IMG/VR virus record: IMGVR_UViG_3300036800_000175
Coordinates: 1-64,000 of that record
Reading direction: 5' to 3' (one strand)
Length of the DNA: 64,000 nucleotides
Source of the DNA: a virus
In this document: one piece after another, positions 53,761 to 63,560 of the stretch
Numbering within the stretch: the first letter of the stretch is position 1
Layout of the letters: each line of letters begins with the position of its first letter
The notes under the pieces: generated by a model
Databases searched by the model: none
Told to the model about the DNA's origin: nothing
Seen by the model: the letters and a program-made list of their open reading frames with translations, nothing else
Translations under genes and position numbers: made by a program

Positions 53761-54365
53761 GCGGCCGCCGCGTCGCTGGCCAGTTCCTCGAGCACGCCTG
53801 CGTACTCGCCCAGGTCGGCGGGCACCGTGCCGTAACCGAGGGGGTACCGCTCGAGGTTGTGCACCTCAGCGGCCATGACCTTGAGGTTGTGGTCGGTCAG
53901 CCACGCGCGGGCTAGCCGGCTGCTGCGGGTGCCGGCGCGGATCTTGACCAGCAGCACCTGGGGGTACACCGGGGACACGGCGTCGATCTCGGCGGCCAGG
54001 GCGAACGTGTCGGGCAGCTGCTCAAGTTCCATGGGGCTCGGGGCGACCGGGATGAGCAGCTCGTCGGTGATCATCAGTGCTTTGCGCAGCAACAGGTCGT
54101 CGTGGGGGCTGGTGTCGATGAGGATGTCATCGAAGTCGCCGGCGATGGCCTGGATGCTGCGGACCAGGTCGTCCCCGAACGCGAGCACGGTGACTGACCC
54201 GGGCCAGTCTGGGGCCAGGGCTTTCCATTTCAGGCAGGTTTTGTTGGTGGTGTCCTCATCCACGATGAGGACCCTCCGCCCTTGCCGGGCGAGGGCGAGC
54301 GCGAGGTACACGGTGGTCGTGGATTTCGCCACGCCACCTTTCAGATTGCCTATGGTTGCCTTCAT
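53757..54365 (-). CDS. parA: ParA-family partition ATPase (short, type Ib-like)
   Basis: NLKGGVAKST, LIVDED, ILIDTSP, LIPVAPS. Confidence 0.9.
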   Translation of the reverse strand: MKATIGNLKGGVAKSTTTVYLALALARQGRRVLIVDEDTTNKTCLKWKALAPDWPGSVTVLAFGDDLVRSIQAIAGDFDDILIDTSPHDDLLLRKALMITDELLIPVAPSPMELEQLPDTFALAAEIDAVSPVYPQVLLVKIRAGTRSSRLARAWLTDHNLKVMAAEVHNLERYPLGYGTVPADLGEYAGVLEELASDAAAA

Positions 54366-54458
54366 GTGGGGTAAAGTACCGCGCCCAATCCTGCGGAGCG
54401 CGGACACGCCGGGCGACACACACGAAAAACGACCTAGCCCCATCGTAGAGTTCTGACT

Positions 54459-54764
54459 ATGGCCCCCCAGGCGCGCATGACGCTGCCGACCGCGCTGGTG
54501 CTCGCCCGGCTCGCGACGGCCGCGCCCGGCGAGCTGTACGGGCGGCAGATCATGACCATGACCGGGCTCCGCGGCGGCACCATTTACCCGCTGCTGGCCC
54601 GCCTCGAAAGCAGGGGCCTGGTCGAATCGCGGCGCGAGACAATCAACCCGGCGAGGGAAGGGCGGCCGCCGCGCCTGTTCTACCGGCTCACCGACGCCGG
54701 GAAGGCTGAGGCGCAGGCCCACGCCACCCGGTACAGCGCCACCTTCACCCCTGGGGAGGGATGA
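54459..54764 (+). CDS. PadR-family regulator
   Basis: YG..I...GL..GTIYPLLARLE..GLV, RPPRLFYRLT..G. Confidence 0.9.
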   Translation: MAPQARMTLPTALVLARLATAAPGELYGRQIMTMTGLRGGTIYPLLARLESRGLVESRRETINPAREGRPPRLFYRLTDAGKAEAQAHATRYSATFTPGEG

Positions 54765-54767
54765 GTC

Positions 54768-55244
54768 TTGGATGCAGCAGCGATCGGTGAGGCAGCCGAC
54801 CAGGCGTTCCGGGCCGCGTTCAACGGCGACCGGGAAACAGTCGCGGACCGGCTGGGCGACATTGCGGAGCGCTGGGGACCGCCCGGGATCCACGCCGCGG
54901 TCATGGGCTGGTCCGCGATCACCCTCAAAGCCATGACCGGCGACGGGTTCAATGACCGGGCCGAGTTCTACGCCCTTGAGGTGACCGAGAACGCCACAGG
55001 CAAGACGACCAGCGTCGACCAGATGTACTCCGGGCCCGAACAGCAGGCGATCCAGATGGTCACCCTGTACGGCAACCGCGACGACGCCACCTCGATCGCG
55101 ATGATCAAAACGGCATGCGCGGGCCCGGACTATGGCGCGGGCCTGATGGTCGCATCGGTCACCCTCGCTGCGGAATCTGCCCGCAGCCACCTTGAGCAGC
55201 ACGCCGCGACCTGCCGCGGATGCAATAAGGATCACCCCGCATGA
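54768..55244 (+). CDS. Hypothetical protein
   Basis: Operon with the PadR gene. Confidence 0.6.
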   Translation: MDAAAIGEAADQAFRAAFNGDRETVADRLGDIAERWGPPGIHAAVMGWSAITLKAMTGDGFNDRAEFYALEVTENATGKTTSVDQMYSGPEQQAIQMVTLYGNRDDATSIAMIKTACAGPDYGAGLMVASVTLAAESARSHLEQHAATCRGCNKDHPA

Positions 55245-55492
55245 CTGACCGCGATCCGGTTCCGTACCAGGTGACCCGCGTGTGGACGGTCCTGGCCACC
55301 GACGGGCAAGACGCGTTGGACAAGGCCCGGCCGGGGGAGCATCACGACGTGGTCGTCCGACCGATGCCATGCGGTGACTGGCCGTTGCCGTGCACCCACA
55401 ACCCGCAGCACGTCCGCCCCGCCGGTGAGCGCGAGGCGCGGCGCGAGCAAATCCGGCGGGACTTCGCCCCACCGCGCGAGTCTCCGTCATGA
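55241..55492 (+). CDS. Hypothetical protein
   Basis: ATGA coupling. Confidence 0.55.
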   Translation: MTDRDPVPYQVTRVWTVLATDGQDALDKARPGEHHDVVVRPMPCGDWPLPCTHNPQHVRPAGEREARREQIRRDFAPPRESPS

Positions 55493-55656
55493 TCCACGTC
55501 ACCTACGACGGCGACACCTACTGGCTGCAATGCTTCGCGGACGACCCGGACGCTGAGCACGGCGAGATCATTCACCCGATAGACGCGGGTGACAGCTGGG
55601 ATGAGATGGCGGCGAAGGTGGCCGGGCACCGGGCCGAGCACGGGTGCCAATTGTGA
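55489..55656 (+). CDS. 55-aa hypothetical protein
   Basis: ATGA coupling; MIHVTYDGDTYWLQC.. Confidence 0.55.
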   Translation: MIHVTYDGDTYWLQCFADDPDAEHGEIIHPIDAGDSWDEMAAKVAGHRAEHGCQL

Positions 55657-55898
55657 CGGCCGGCACCGGCTGGGCGGATCTGTGCCCGGCGACCCGCGGC
55701 ACCGGCCCCTGCATCTGCGCGCCGGGGCCGCCGCTGACCCACTACTGGCACTGCTGGCGTAACCCCGGCCATCACGCGTGCGCCGTGGCACTGATCGAAC
55801 GGCAGGCCGCTGAGAATCAGCAACTGACCGGCCAGGTGGCCGCGCTTGAGCGCGCGGCCCGCGACGACAAGGAGACTCATGCTGACGCCGCCGAATGA
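55644..55898 (+). CDS. Cys/His-rich plus coiled-coil protein
   Basis: TH..HCW...HHACA. Confidence 0.55.
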   Translation: MPIVTAGTGWADLCPATRGTGPCICAPGPPLTHYWHCWRNPGHHACAVALIERQAAENQQLTGQVAALERAARDDKETHADAAE

Positions 55899-56415
55899 GG
55901 TGCTCGCCCGCGAGACACGCCGCCTGGTCACGGACATGCACGTTGAGTGGGACGCCCCGCACCAGTTCGTCACCCTCCACTGGGACGGGAACAAGATCAG
56001 TTACGGCGTGGTGGCGTGCATCATGACCGACATCCACCCCACCCAGTACCCGCAGCTCATGGCCGGTTTCGTACGTGAGCAGTCCCGCCGCCGCGACCTG
56101 CCGCCGATGTGCGCCTGCGCCGTCCAGGTCGAATCCCACGGCGTCACAGAGCCCGGCCCGGACGCCAGCGTCGCTGAGCGTCTCGCGTATGACCGTGACC
56201 GGGTCGGCCGGACGTTTCACCAGCGACCCGACGCCATCGAATCAGCCGACGCCTGGTGCGCCGACTCATACGGGTTCCTGTGGGCCGCCGCCAAACGCCG
56301 CGACGATCCGCGCACCATCGTTGAACGGTTCTACAAACCCGGCACTGCGCCAGGTGGCCATCTGATCGCCGCGGTGCTCGCGGCTGCCCGCCTGCCCGTC
56401 GTGGCAGGCAACTAA
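55879..56415 (+). CDS. Hypothetical protein
   Basis: RBS AAGGAG. Confidence 0.7.
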   Translation: MLTPPNEVLARETRRLVTDMHVEWDAPHQFVTLHWDGNKISYGVVACIMTDIHPTQYPQLMAGFVREQSRRRDLPPMCACAVQVESHGVTEPGPDASVAERLAYDRDRVGRTFHQRPDAIESADAWCADSYGFLWAAAKRRDDPRTIVERFYKPGTAPGGHLIAAVLAAARLPVVAGN

Positions 56416-56653
56416 CCCCCCCACGGAAGGAAGGACCCCCGATGCTCCGTGTCGTGTCCGCAGTCTTCGTTGCAGGCTTCATGATCGCCGCGATTGTGTG
56501 CGTGATCGCGGGCCGCTGGCCGGAGGGCTTCCTGTTCGCGGCGGTGGGGCTACTCCCGGCAGCCCTGTTCGTTGTCCAGACGCGTCAATGACCGCCCGCC
56601 TGCCCGTCGTGGCAGGCAACTAACCCCCCCACGGAAGGAAGGACCCCCGATGC
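56386..56653 (+). repeat. Perfect 60-bp direct repeat (56386-56445 and 56594-56653) flanking a 49-aa membrane ORF (56442..56591)
   Basis: Identical copies, each with hairpin, stop, RBS GGAAGGAAGGA and ATG. Confidence 0.9.
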
Positions 56654-57144
56654 CCCGGTTCCGAAGGACCGCCCCGATGGCCCAGTTCCGCCGCCGCCCG
56701 GTTCCCCCAGCCCGGCTAGGCCCCCCGGTGCTGTACGCGGTGCCGATCGACCAGTCTGAGGCGCACCTATTAGTGATCGCGCTACGCACCCACGACCGGA
56801 TGCAGCGCGAACTGTACTGGACACCCGGCAGCGGTCCCTCACACTCCGCCGGGATGGCGGACCGGATCCTGAAAACTGCGGGGACAGCGGCCTGCTACGG
56901 CCAGCAGGCCATCCCGCTCGAGGTGGCCGACCTCGACTCGCTCCGGTACACGCTGGCCTACTTGCAGGAACAGCAGCCGACCCAGCCGACCCACGCGCTG
57001 GCGCAGCTGCTGAACATGCTGCACGCCCGGTCCGGCATGGCCAGACTCCGCCAGTGGCGGGTCACCTGGTCCGATGAGGCCGGGACCATGTGGTGGGAAG
57101 GCACCCCGCCGCAGCCCGCGCCAGCAGATGGGATCAGCGGATGA
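56650..57144 (+). CDS. Hypothetical protein
   Basis: Starts at ATG of repeat copy 2. Confidence 0.6.
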   Translation: MPRFRRTAPMAQFRRRPVPPARLGPPVLYAVPIDQSEAHLLVIALRTHDRMQRELYWTPGSGPSHSAGMADRILKTAGTAACYGQQAIPLEVADLDSLRYTLAYLQEQQPTQPTHALAQLLNMLHARSGMARLRQWRVTWSDEAGTMWWEGTPPQPAPADGISG

Positions 57145-57890
57145 CCCAGACCACATGGCCGTACAGGGTCGTGGATGCCGACAATCAGGGCTGGTACCTC
57201 ACCCACGACGCCGGCCCGGGCCGGCGCGAAATCTACAGCGCCGGGTACCGGCGCCAGGACCTGCCCGCCCGGAGCGGGGATGAGCTCGCCGCGACCCGCG
57301 GGCCGCTCCGCCCGGTCCTGCCGATCACCGATGAGGATGAGCAGCGGATGCGGGAACTGTTCGCTGAGGCTGGCCGTAAGGCGGTCGCGACGCTCGCGGC
57401 CGCGCTGGACACCGTGTTTGAGCAGCTCCGCGACTCCCGCGGTGGCCTGGGTCACGCCGGCGACTCCTACGCGTACGCGATGCGGACGATGAAAGCCGGG
57501 CGGGAAGGATCCTGGGAAGCTGAGGCGCTGGACAACGTCATCTACTTCGGCAACGAACTGAACCTCACCCCGGCCAGCGGCAAACGCGGGCGTGGTTTCC
57601 GGGACGCTGCCACCCTCCGCGCGGCCGGCCCGTCGAAACGCGTCAACATGGCCGTCCACCATGAGTTGACCGCGATGCTGACCCGGTGGGTCACCGGCCC
57701 GGACAGGTACACCGAAGTCGCGGAAACCCTCGCCGCGGTGGTGTCCAGCTACGCCGACGACGCACCGGCTGGCTGGTACGACGTGGCGGATCAGTGGCTG
57801 CAACCCGGCGGGCTGGCCCGTGACTCGTTCGTCAACTGCTACCGGCTGCTGTACTCCCGCAGCCCGCTCCTGGACACGAGCCTGCTATGA
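57141..57890 (+). CDS. Hypothetical protein
   Basis: ATGA coupling; globular. Confidence 0.7.
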   Translation: MTQTTWPYRVVDADNQGWYLTHDAGPGRREIYSAGYRRQDLPARSGDELAATRGPLRPVLPITDEDEQRMRELFAEAGRKAVATLAAALDTVFEQLRDSRGGLGHAGDSYAYAMRTMKAGREGSWEAEALDNVIYFGNELNLTPASGKRGRGFRDAATLRAAGPSKRVNMAVHHELTAMLTRWVTGPDRYTEVAETLAAVVSSYADDAPAGWYDVADQWLQPGGLARDSFVNCYRLLYSRSPLLDTSLL

Positions 57891-58147
57891 GCGGCTGGGA
57901 TTGTGAGGCCTACGGCCCGGAAATCGCCCACACCGGCGCCGTGTGTTTCATCGCCGGGGAGCTCGGCAAGCGGGTCTGCGCCAGCCAGGACGCGTGCCAC
58001 GAGGTGATAACTGCTGAACGGCAGCGCGTTTACAGCCGGATCAGCGAGCTGGCCGCCCACGGCGACCCGGTGATGGAAGACGTGGCGGGCGCCATTGGCA
58101 GCCCCGGCCAGATTCTCGGTGGCGGGGACGATGGGGATGAGCGGTGA
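57887..58147 (+). CDS. Hypothetical protein
   Basis: Coupled. Confidence 0.6.
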   Translation: MSGWDCEAYGPEIAHTGAVCFIAGELGKRVCASQDACHEVITAERQRVYSRISELAAHGDPVMEDVAGAIGSPGQILGGGDDGDER

Positions 58148-58530
58148 TGGCCAGATTCAAGCGGCTCACCGACGCGGAAGCACGCACGCTTACCCGGTCC
58201 GAGATTCTGGACCGCGTCGAAGCTGAACAGCAGTATTGGATCCGCAAGCACAGGCGCGGCATGACCGAAGAGGACGTGACGGCCGAGCGGGAGTTCAACC
58301 GGATCATGTACGCCTACCTGGATCCGATGGCGGGACTAGATGCGCTCCGGGACACGCTGGAAGGCCGCCGGTCGGACTACTGGGAGTCGAGACCGGGGGA
58401 GGAATCAGCGCCGCCACGCGGCGATATCACCCTCGAAGGCGGCCTCGTCATGGATGAGGGACAGCAGGCCGCCCTGCGTTACGGGTTGCGTGAAGCGGCG
58501 AAGATGGACGCCCGGGAGCGGGACTCCTGA
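58144..58530 (+). CDS. Hypothetical protein
   Basis: Coupled. Confidence 0.6.
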   Translation: MMARFKRLTDAEARTLTRSEILDRVEAEQQYWIRKHRRGMTEEDVTAEREFNRIMYAYLDPMAGLDALRDTLEGRRSDYWESRPGEESAPPRGDITLEGGLVMDEGQQAALRYGLREAAKMDARERDS

Positions 58531-58643
58531 TGGCATACAGCGTCGTGGTAGCCGACCTGATGCGCCGCGCCGGCCGGGCCCTTGACGCCGCGATACGCGC
58601 TGCAAGCTGAGGCGGCGCGCTATGAGGCGTATCTGAGGCAGTC

Positions 58644-59084
58644 ATGAGAACCGACCCGGCGCTCGCCCCGGCCGTCACCGCTGACCCGCCCCTCGCGGCG
58701 CGGCGGGACGCGTCCTGGTGGAACAGCCCGGGTACCGCGTACGTCTACCACGTCGCCACGACGGACATGGCAGCGTGCTGTTTCCGGGATCAGCCGCTGG
58801 CCGAGTTCACCAGCCAGGACGCCGCCAAAGTTCCCGCCGCCCAGCGCTGCCGCCGGCGAGGCTGCGCCACCCGGTGGCCGGCGGACCCGGGTCCGCTCAA
58901 GACGTTCCCGATCCAGATCGCCGTGTTCTGCGACGTGTGCGGCACCGAGGTTGTGCATGACTACGTGGTCCACGATCTTATGACCCGTGACCAGAGGCTC
59001 GGTGTGGCTCGCACGCACCTGACCCGCAATGAAGGCTGGTCATGCACTCTGGCCGGTGACCTTTGCCCGGGGTGCGCAACATGA
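58644..59084 (+). CDS. Cys-rich hypothetical protein
   Basis: CRRRGC, CDVC, CPGC. Confidence 0.6.
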   Translation: MRTDPALAPAVTADPPLAARRDASWWNSPGTAYVYHVATTDMAACCFRDQPLAEFTSQDAAKVPAAQRCRRRGCATRWPADPGPLKTFPIQIAVFCDVCGTEVVHDYVVHDLMTRDQRLGVARTHLTRNEGWSCTLAGDLCPGCAT

Positions 59085-59110
59085 GCAGGTCAGCGGTGGT
59101 GGGGGAGTGG

Positions 59111-59374
59111 TCAGTCGGCAGGAGCCAGGTCGCGGGCCGGGCGGATGAACACCGCGAGATAGGCGCCGTCGTCGTCGGACAGGAAGTCATCGAACTCGCC
59201 GGCCTTGGCGCCGTCGATGAATGCGGCCAGTTCAGCGCGGGTGTATCGCAGCTGCGGGCCGTCCGGGTCGCGGCTGTTGCGCATCGCGATGTTCCCGTCA
59301 GGCAGTTCGGCCACCTCAACGCAGTTGCCGTTGTGGGCGCTCCAGCTGGACTTGCGCCAGGAAAGATCATCCAC
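59111..59374 (-). CDS. DUF397 (BldB/AbaA-like) protein
   Basis: WRKSSWS..NGNCVEVA..RNSRDPDGP.L..T..E..AF..G.K.GEFD. Confidence 0.9.
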   Translation of the reverse strand: MDDLSWRKSSWSAHNGNCVEVAELPDGNIAMRNSRDPDGPQLRYTRAELAAFIDGAKAGEFDDFLSDDDGAYLAVFIRPARDLAPAD

Positions 59375-59752
59375 GGGTTGGTGTCTCCGTCCGTACGCCC
59401 GGCGGGTGGCCACCCCGGAGTCCCCAGTGTCCCGTTCAGCCGCCTGCGGGGTGGCCCCCCAGGGTGCCGTAGCGGGATCAACCTACCGGCTCTGCGGGGC
59501 GGGTTGCAGGCGGTTGGCTGCATGTACGGGAAGGTACCTTACGCGCTACGCCCGGCGGGGGACAACCCCTCCCGGACCAGGGCAAAAACCGCTAGCTTTA
59601 CATAATCAACGTTATCGGCGTAAGACAAAGGGGGGCAAACCGGGCACGTCTCGTCTCACCGAACATGTCGTTTGCCAGCCATCATGTCGCTGTCAGCGCC
59701 GTCCCATAGGCTCGCAGGCACCACGTTTGGCCTACGTTTCGGAGACCCCCCC

Positions 59753-60148
59753 ATGGCCACCCTGATGCTCCCCCTCGAGGTACACGAGCACACCGTCAAA
59801 TGCGGCACCTGCGGCGGTACCGGCGTCACCGGCGACCGCTACGACATGGAAGCGGGCGAGCACACCCTCACGCTCGAGGTGATCTGCCCGCAGTGCGGCG
59901 GGTGCGGCAACGGCGACCCCGGCCACCGTGACTGCATCGCGGACTGGCACGCCTACCCCGAAGACGTCCTCGGCATCGACGGACTGGAACCCCTGATGGA
60001 CGTCGATGAGATGCCCTGCCCGTCGTGCCAGTCCGGCCGCGGCTGGTACCCGGTGCAGGGTTTCACCGGCGAGGGTGACGACGCGGAAATACACATCCTG
60101 CGGACGCTGTGCGGATGCTCCACGGACCGCCTGGTGCCCGCTGAGTGA
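59753..60148 (+). CDS. CxxCxGxG zinc-finger protein
   Basis: CGTCGGTG, CPQCGGCG, CPSC. Confidence 0.65.
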   Translation: MATLMLPLEVHEHTVKCGTCGGTGVTGDRYDMEAGEHTLTLEVICPQCGGCGNGDPGHRDCIADWHAYPEDVLGIDGLEPLMDVDEMPCPSCQSGRGWYPVQGFTGEGDDAEIHILRTLCGCSTDRLVPAE

Positions 60149-60405
60149 ACCTGGCCCTCCCCCGCGCCGACCCGGCCACCGCGGCCAAAGGCAGCACCAG
60201 GCGGCCGCGTGTGCGGCCCGCGCTGGTCACGGTCGCCCTGGACGACGGCACCTGGGCTGAGGGTGAGGTGATCGCCGTCGCGAAGGACCTGGCCAGCCGC
60301 CGTTGGCGGCTCCTGATCCGCTGGTATGACCCCGGCCCGCCCAGGTCGATGCGGGACGACTGGGTCATGCACGACCCGCCGCTGATCCGCGACCTGGCCG
60401 TGTAG
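60145..60405 (+). CDS. Hypothetical protein
   Basis: GTGA coupling. Confidence 0.55.
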   Translation: MNLALPRADPATAAKGSTRRPRVRPALVTVALDDGTWAEGEVIAVAKDLASRRWRLLIRWYDPGPPRSMRDDWVMHDPPLIRDLAV

Positions 60406-60613
60406 CGGATCACTACACGCTTACTTCCGCAGGTCAGCGAGTCGTCGAATAGGTCGGCTACCGATCTATCCCGGGTGGCGCGCGTCGTCAGCGCGTTTGC
60501 CTGTGGCAGCCGCGGCGTTGTGCGCCGCCATGACGTCGTCCCACGCGACATCCTCCCCGCGCATGAACGCATCCCACAGATGGTCAGCGATGAGCCATGC
60601 CGCGGCTTCCTCG

Positions 60614-60874
60614 CTAGCCTCCGGAGACATTCCCGCCCGCCTGGTCACGGGCCGGCTGGACGTCGACGCCGTGGGCGGCGAACTCATCCAGGATGTCCCG
60701 CTCAGTGTCGCCGTAATGGATGACGATCATGACTTCCGGGCAACCCAGCTGCGCCAGCTCCCGCGGGGAGATCGCGACCGGCTGCCCCGCGGTCAGCCGG
60801 TCGATGTTCTCCCGGGTAAGGCCGAGGATCACGATCGGCTCACCGAGCCCCGTCCGGCCCGCCAGTTTGATCAT
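60614..60874 (-). CDS. Hypothetical protein (ILGLTRENIDRL..GQP type)
   Basis: RBS AGGGGAG. Confidence 0.65.
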   Translation of the reverse strand: MIKLAGRTGLGEPIVILGLTRENIDRLTAGQPVAISPRELAQLGCPEVMIVIHYGDTERDILDEFAAHGVDVQPARDQAGGNVSGG

Positions 60875-61085
60875 CGCTGCAACTCCCCTGGGATAAGCCG
60901 GTAGTCCGGGCGGTGCGGCGGCAGACCCGGCCGTTGCGTCCGGTACCACCGTTCGTAGACCGCGCGCCTGCCGTCGCTGACACCAACCTCGCGGGCCGCG
61001 TCGACGGGGAGCGCACCCCCGTCGCGGAGCGCCGCATAGGCGGCCAGGCGCAGATCCCGGGCGGCGGGAGCTGGTGAGAGGCGGG

Positions 61086-61712
61086 TCACTGCGGCGCCCG
61101 GATCCGGGCACCGCAGTTCCCGCACACCCCGCCGGCTGGCAGGCCGGCCGCAGGCTTGGCCAGCAGGAACCCGCACGACGGGCACGGGAACTCATCCAGC
61201 TTGGGCCGGAACCCCGGCGGGAGGTTGTGGCGGGCCCGCAGGCCCACACCACCCCGGCCGGCGGCCATGACCCGCTGCATGTGCGCGCGGGCCGCCGGTG
61301 GCAGGCTCGCGATGTCACGCTCCCGGGCCACGCCGTGGCCACCGGCCCGGTCCGCTTCGGCCAGCAGGTGCCAGCCCTGCTCATCGGTGAGGAACCCGCC
61401 CTGAGGGACACAGCCGCGGGGGCATTTCATGCCTTCCACGGCGCCCCACACGCGGCAGATCATCGGGCGGAGCTCATAGACGGCGCATCTGTGGCCCTCG
61501 GTCAGCGCCTCACACCAGTACGTGTCGGCCTGCATCCGCGCCCGCTCGCTGGGCGTGATCTTGTAGCCGGCGTCGCGGAGCCGCTGCCGTTCCCGGTCAG
61601 CCATCTCAACCGGGCCGCAGGAAATCCAGCACGACCCGTCGCAGTCGGGGATCTCAGGGACCTGGTCATACAGGTCCTGTAGTTCGGCGTCGATCTGGCT
61701 GCGGCGGCCCAT
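61086..61712 (-). CDS. YkgJ-like CxxCxxCC Fe-S/Zn cluster protein
   Basis: CDGSCWISCG, C.AL...RCAVYELRPMICR. Confidence 0.8.
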   Translation of the reverse strand: MGRRSQIDAELQDLYDQVPEIPDCDGSCWISCGPVEMADRERQRLRDAGYKITPSERARMQADTYWCEALTEGHRCAVYELRPMICRVWGAVEGMKCPRGCVPQGGFLTDEQGWHLLAEADRAGGHGVARERDIASLPPAARAHMQRVMAAGRGGVGLRARHNLPPGFRPKLDEFPCPSCGFLLAKPAAGLPAGGVCGNCGARIRAPQ

Positions 61713-61999
61713 CAGTTCGGGCCCGCGCCGAGACTGTCCCCGCTCAGGAACGTCACCGTCTTGCCGTGCGCCGCGAACAAGCCTTGCAGGTGCTGGGCCA
61801 GGTCCACGAGTGCGTCGGGGCCGTCTTCCTCGTCGTAGCCGAAGACGGCGATGCCGCTGCGGGTGCCCGCGACCAGCATGATGATGCCCCGGACGTCGTC
61901 ACCGTTCTCCGGGTGTCCGTTGATGCCGTCGACCGCGGCATCGGCCAGCCGGGTGAGCCGTTCCTGCGGCGTCTCCGTCCGCTCAACGTCGCCGGTCAT
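61712..61999 (-). CDS. Hypothetical protein
   Basis: Coupled. Confidence 0.55.
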   Translation of the reverse strand: MTGDVERTETPQERLTRLADAAVDGINGHPENGDDVRGIIMLVAGTRSGIAVFGYDEEDGPDALVDLAQHLQGLFAAHGKTVTFLSGDSLGAGPN

Positions 62000-62526
62000 G
62001 CGTCGTCCCGTAGTTGCCGCAGCCGGGTGAACAGCCGTTCGGTGAGCGCCGGGTCGGCGGACGGGAACTCTTCGAGCGCCCGCACGACCAGCCGGTCCGA
62101 TTCGGTGGCCTCCGCCGCGGCGAACCACGCCCCCGCCATCTCCCTCGCCGCAGCCGGGGACACGACCCCTTCCCACTCCGCCATGGGGCCGCGGCGCAGC
62201 AGGACGACCGCCTCACCGCGTTTGGTGGATCCGGCGGGCAGCAGATCCAGAGTGGCCGGGGTGCCGAACCGGGTCCGGCCGGACGTGGCCAGCAGGTCGG
62301 TGGTGAACCCGGCGGCCGTCTGCGCGGGCAGTTTCAGCTTGACGGCGAGCTGCATCATCATTTCCGCGTAGGCGGCGCAGGTGACCAGGTCGATCGCGGT
62401 GCTGCGGATATCGGCCACCGGCGCGTGCCAGCGCTGTGTGCCCCATGTGAGCTCACATGCCGGGTCCGGGCCGCCGCGGGTGGATGTCACCCAGATCGTG
62501 CCGTCATCGTCGTTGTCGCTGGCCAA
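61996..62526 (-). CDS. Hypothetical protein
   Basis: RBS GGAGGG. Confidence 0.65.
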   Translation of the reverse strand: MASDNDDDGTIWVTSTRGGPDPACELTWGTQRWHAPVADIRSTAIDLVTCAAYAEMMMQLAVKLKLPAQTAAGFTTDLLATSGRTRFGTPATLDLLPAGSTKRGEAVVLLRRGPMAEWEGVVSPAAAREMAGAWFAAAEATESDRLVVRALEEFPSADPALTERLFTRLRQLRDDA

Positions 62527-62700
62527 CGCGTGGCCCTCCCCCCAAGGCTGGCTGAATCGCGACAGCAGGTTAGCACCATGTAACTGCGGGTACCTTGCCT
62601 TCTGCGGTCAGCCGCGTACCGTCAGGAATCAAGTAGGCACCTCCCGGACGGCTGACCGCCGCGCGCTGAGGTGCCTCCCGGGCCGTGCCAGGCGGTTTCC

Positions 62701-62991
62701 CTACAGCGCCCCGCCGGCACGGCCCGGCTCTGCGCGGGCTCCCGGTTCCGGGGACAAGGCCTCCGTCGCCTCCCCGTCGGGGAACGTCAGCCGGATGATT
62801 ACCTGCTGCGCGTCGTTCACCTCATCCGCTCCCGGCATCCGGCACACCCCCGGGCCTGTGATCTCCGCCGACCAGCATTCGCGGCGCGTCGCGGCGTCCA
62901 GCATCTGGATCCGGAGGGGGAAGTCGTCCGGACCCAGGTCGTGGAACACCATCTGCTCAGGCCGGGCCGCGTGCGGCTGCGGCTGCACCAT
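62701..62991 (-). CDS. Hypothetical protein
   Basis: Operon member. Confidence 0.55.
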   Translation of the reverse strand: MVQPQPHAARPEQMVFHDLGPDDFPLRIQMLDAATRRECWSAEITGPGVCRMPGADEVNDAQQVIIRLTFPDGEATEALSPEPGARAEPGRAGGAL

Positions 62992-63391
62992 GGGTTCTCA
63001 CCCACTCCCAAACGCGGATCGCTTCCTCCCGCGCCGTCAGGCCCGGCGTCTCGTTACTGCCGCCGTAGCAGTGGCAGCGGCCCTCGAGGTGGGCCAGGGA
63101 GCCGATGACACTGCGGAGCGAGCATTCCCGGTGGGCGTGGCGGATCTCCGACCGGCCGGCCGCCAGGATGCACGGCATGGCCTGCCCGGAATCCCCCGCA
63201 GCCTGGTCGAACACCTCGCCGCAGTGCAGGCACGACTCCCCCACCGGGAACGCCTTGCGCATGTCGGTGAGCAGCTGGCCGTCTTCGCCGTAACAGATGA
63301 ACGACCACCACGGTTCCCCGAACCATCCCCAGTTTTCCCGCCGCACCTCGATCGGCAGTTCGTCGTACGGCGTGCTGATCATCATGGGCAC
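62957..63391 (-). CDS. Hypothetical Cys/His protein
   Basis: CLHC, HREC, HL...C.C. Confidence 0.65.
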   Translation of the reverse strand: MPMMISTPYDELPIEVRRENWGWFGEPWWSFICYGEDGQLLTDMRKAFPVGESCLHCGEVFDQAAGDSGQAMPCILAAGRSEIRHAHRECSLRSVIGSLAHLEGRCHCYGGSNETPGLTAREEAIRVWEWVRTHGAAAAARGPA

Positions 63392-63560
63392 CGGACCCCT
63401 CTCCCCCGTCGGTGCTGGTCAGGCCGCACCAGCCTAGGGCAGGCACGGCGGGTACCCGCAGTAGAGTTAGGTTACGTGCCGGTATGCCTGATTCGCGGCC
63501 CCGGTCCGTGATAGCCAAGAGGGCGTAGGCCCTCAGGTTCGGACTGGTAAAGGGACCAGC

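Noticed and set aside
54366-55502. 581-aa ParA ORF as listed in the track
   Set aside because: The N-terminal extension is antisense to the PadR gene and its neighbours; the ATPase begins at 54365
13314-60436. Recurrent TTCCGCAGGTCA-like words (~13314, 16699, 60425)
   Set aside because: Short, few copies and no consistent position relative to genes; cannot be supported as functional
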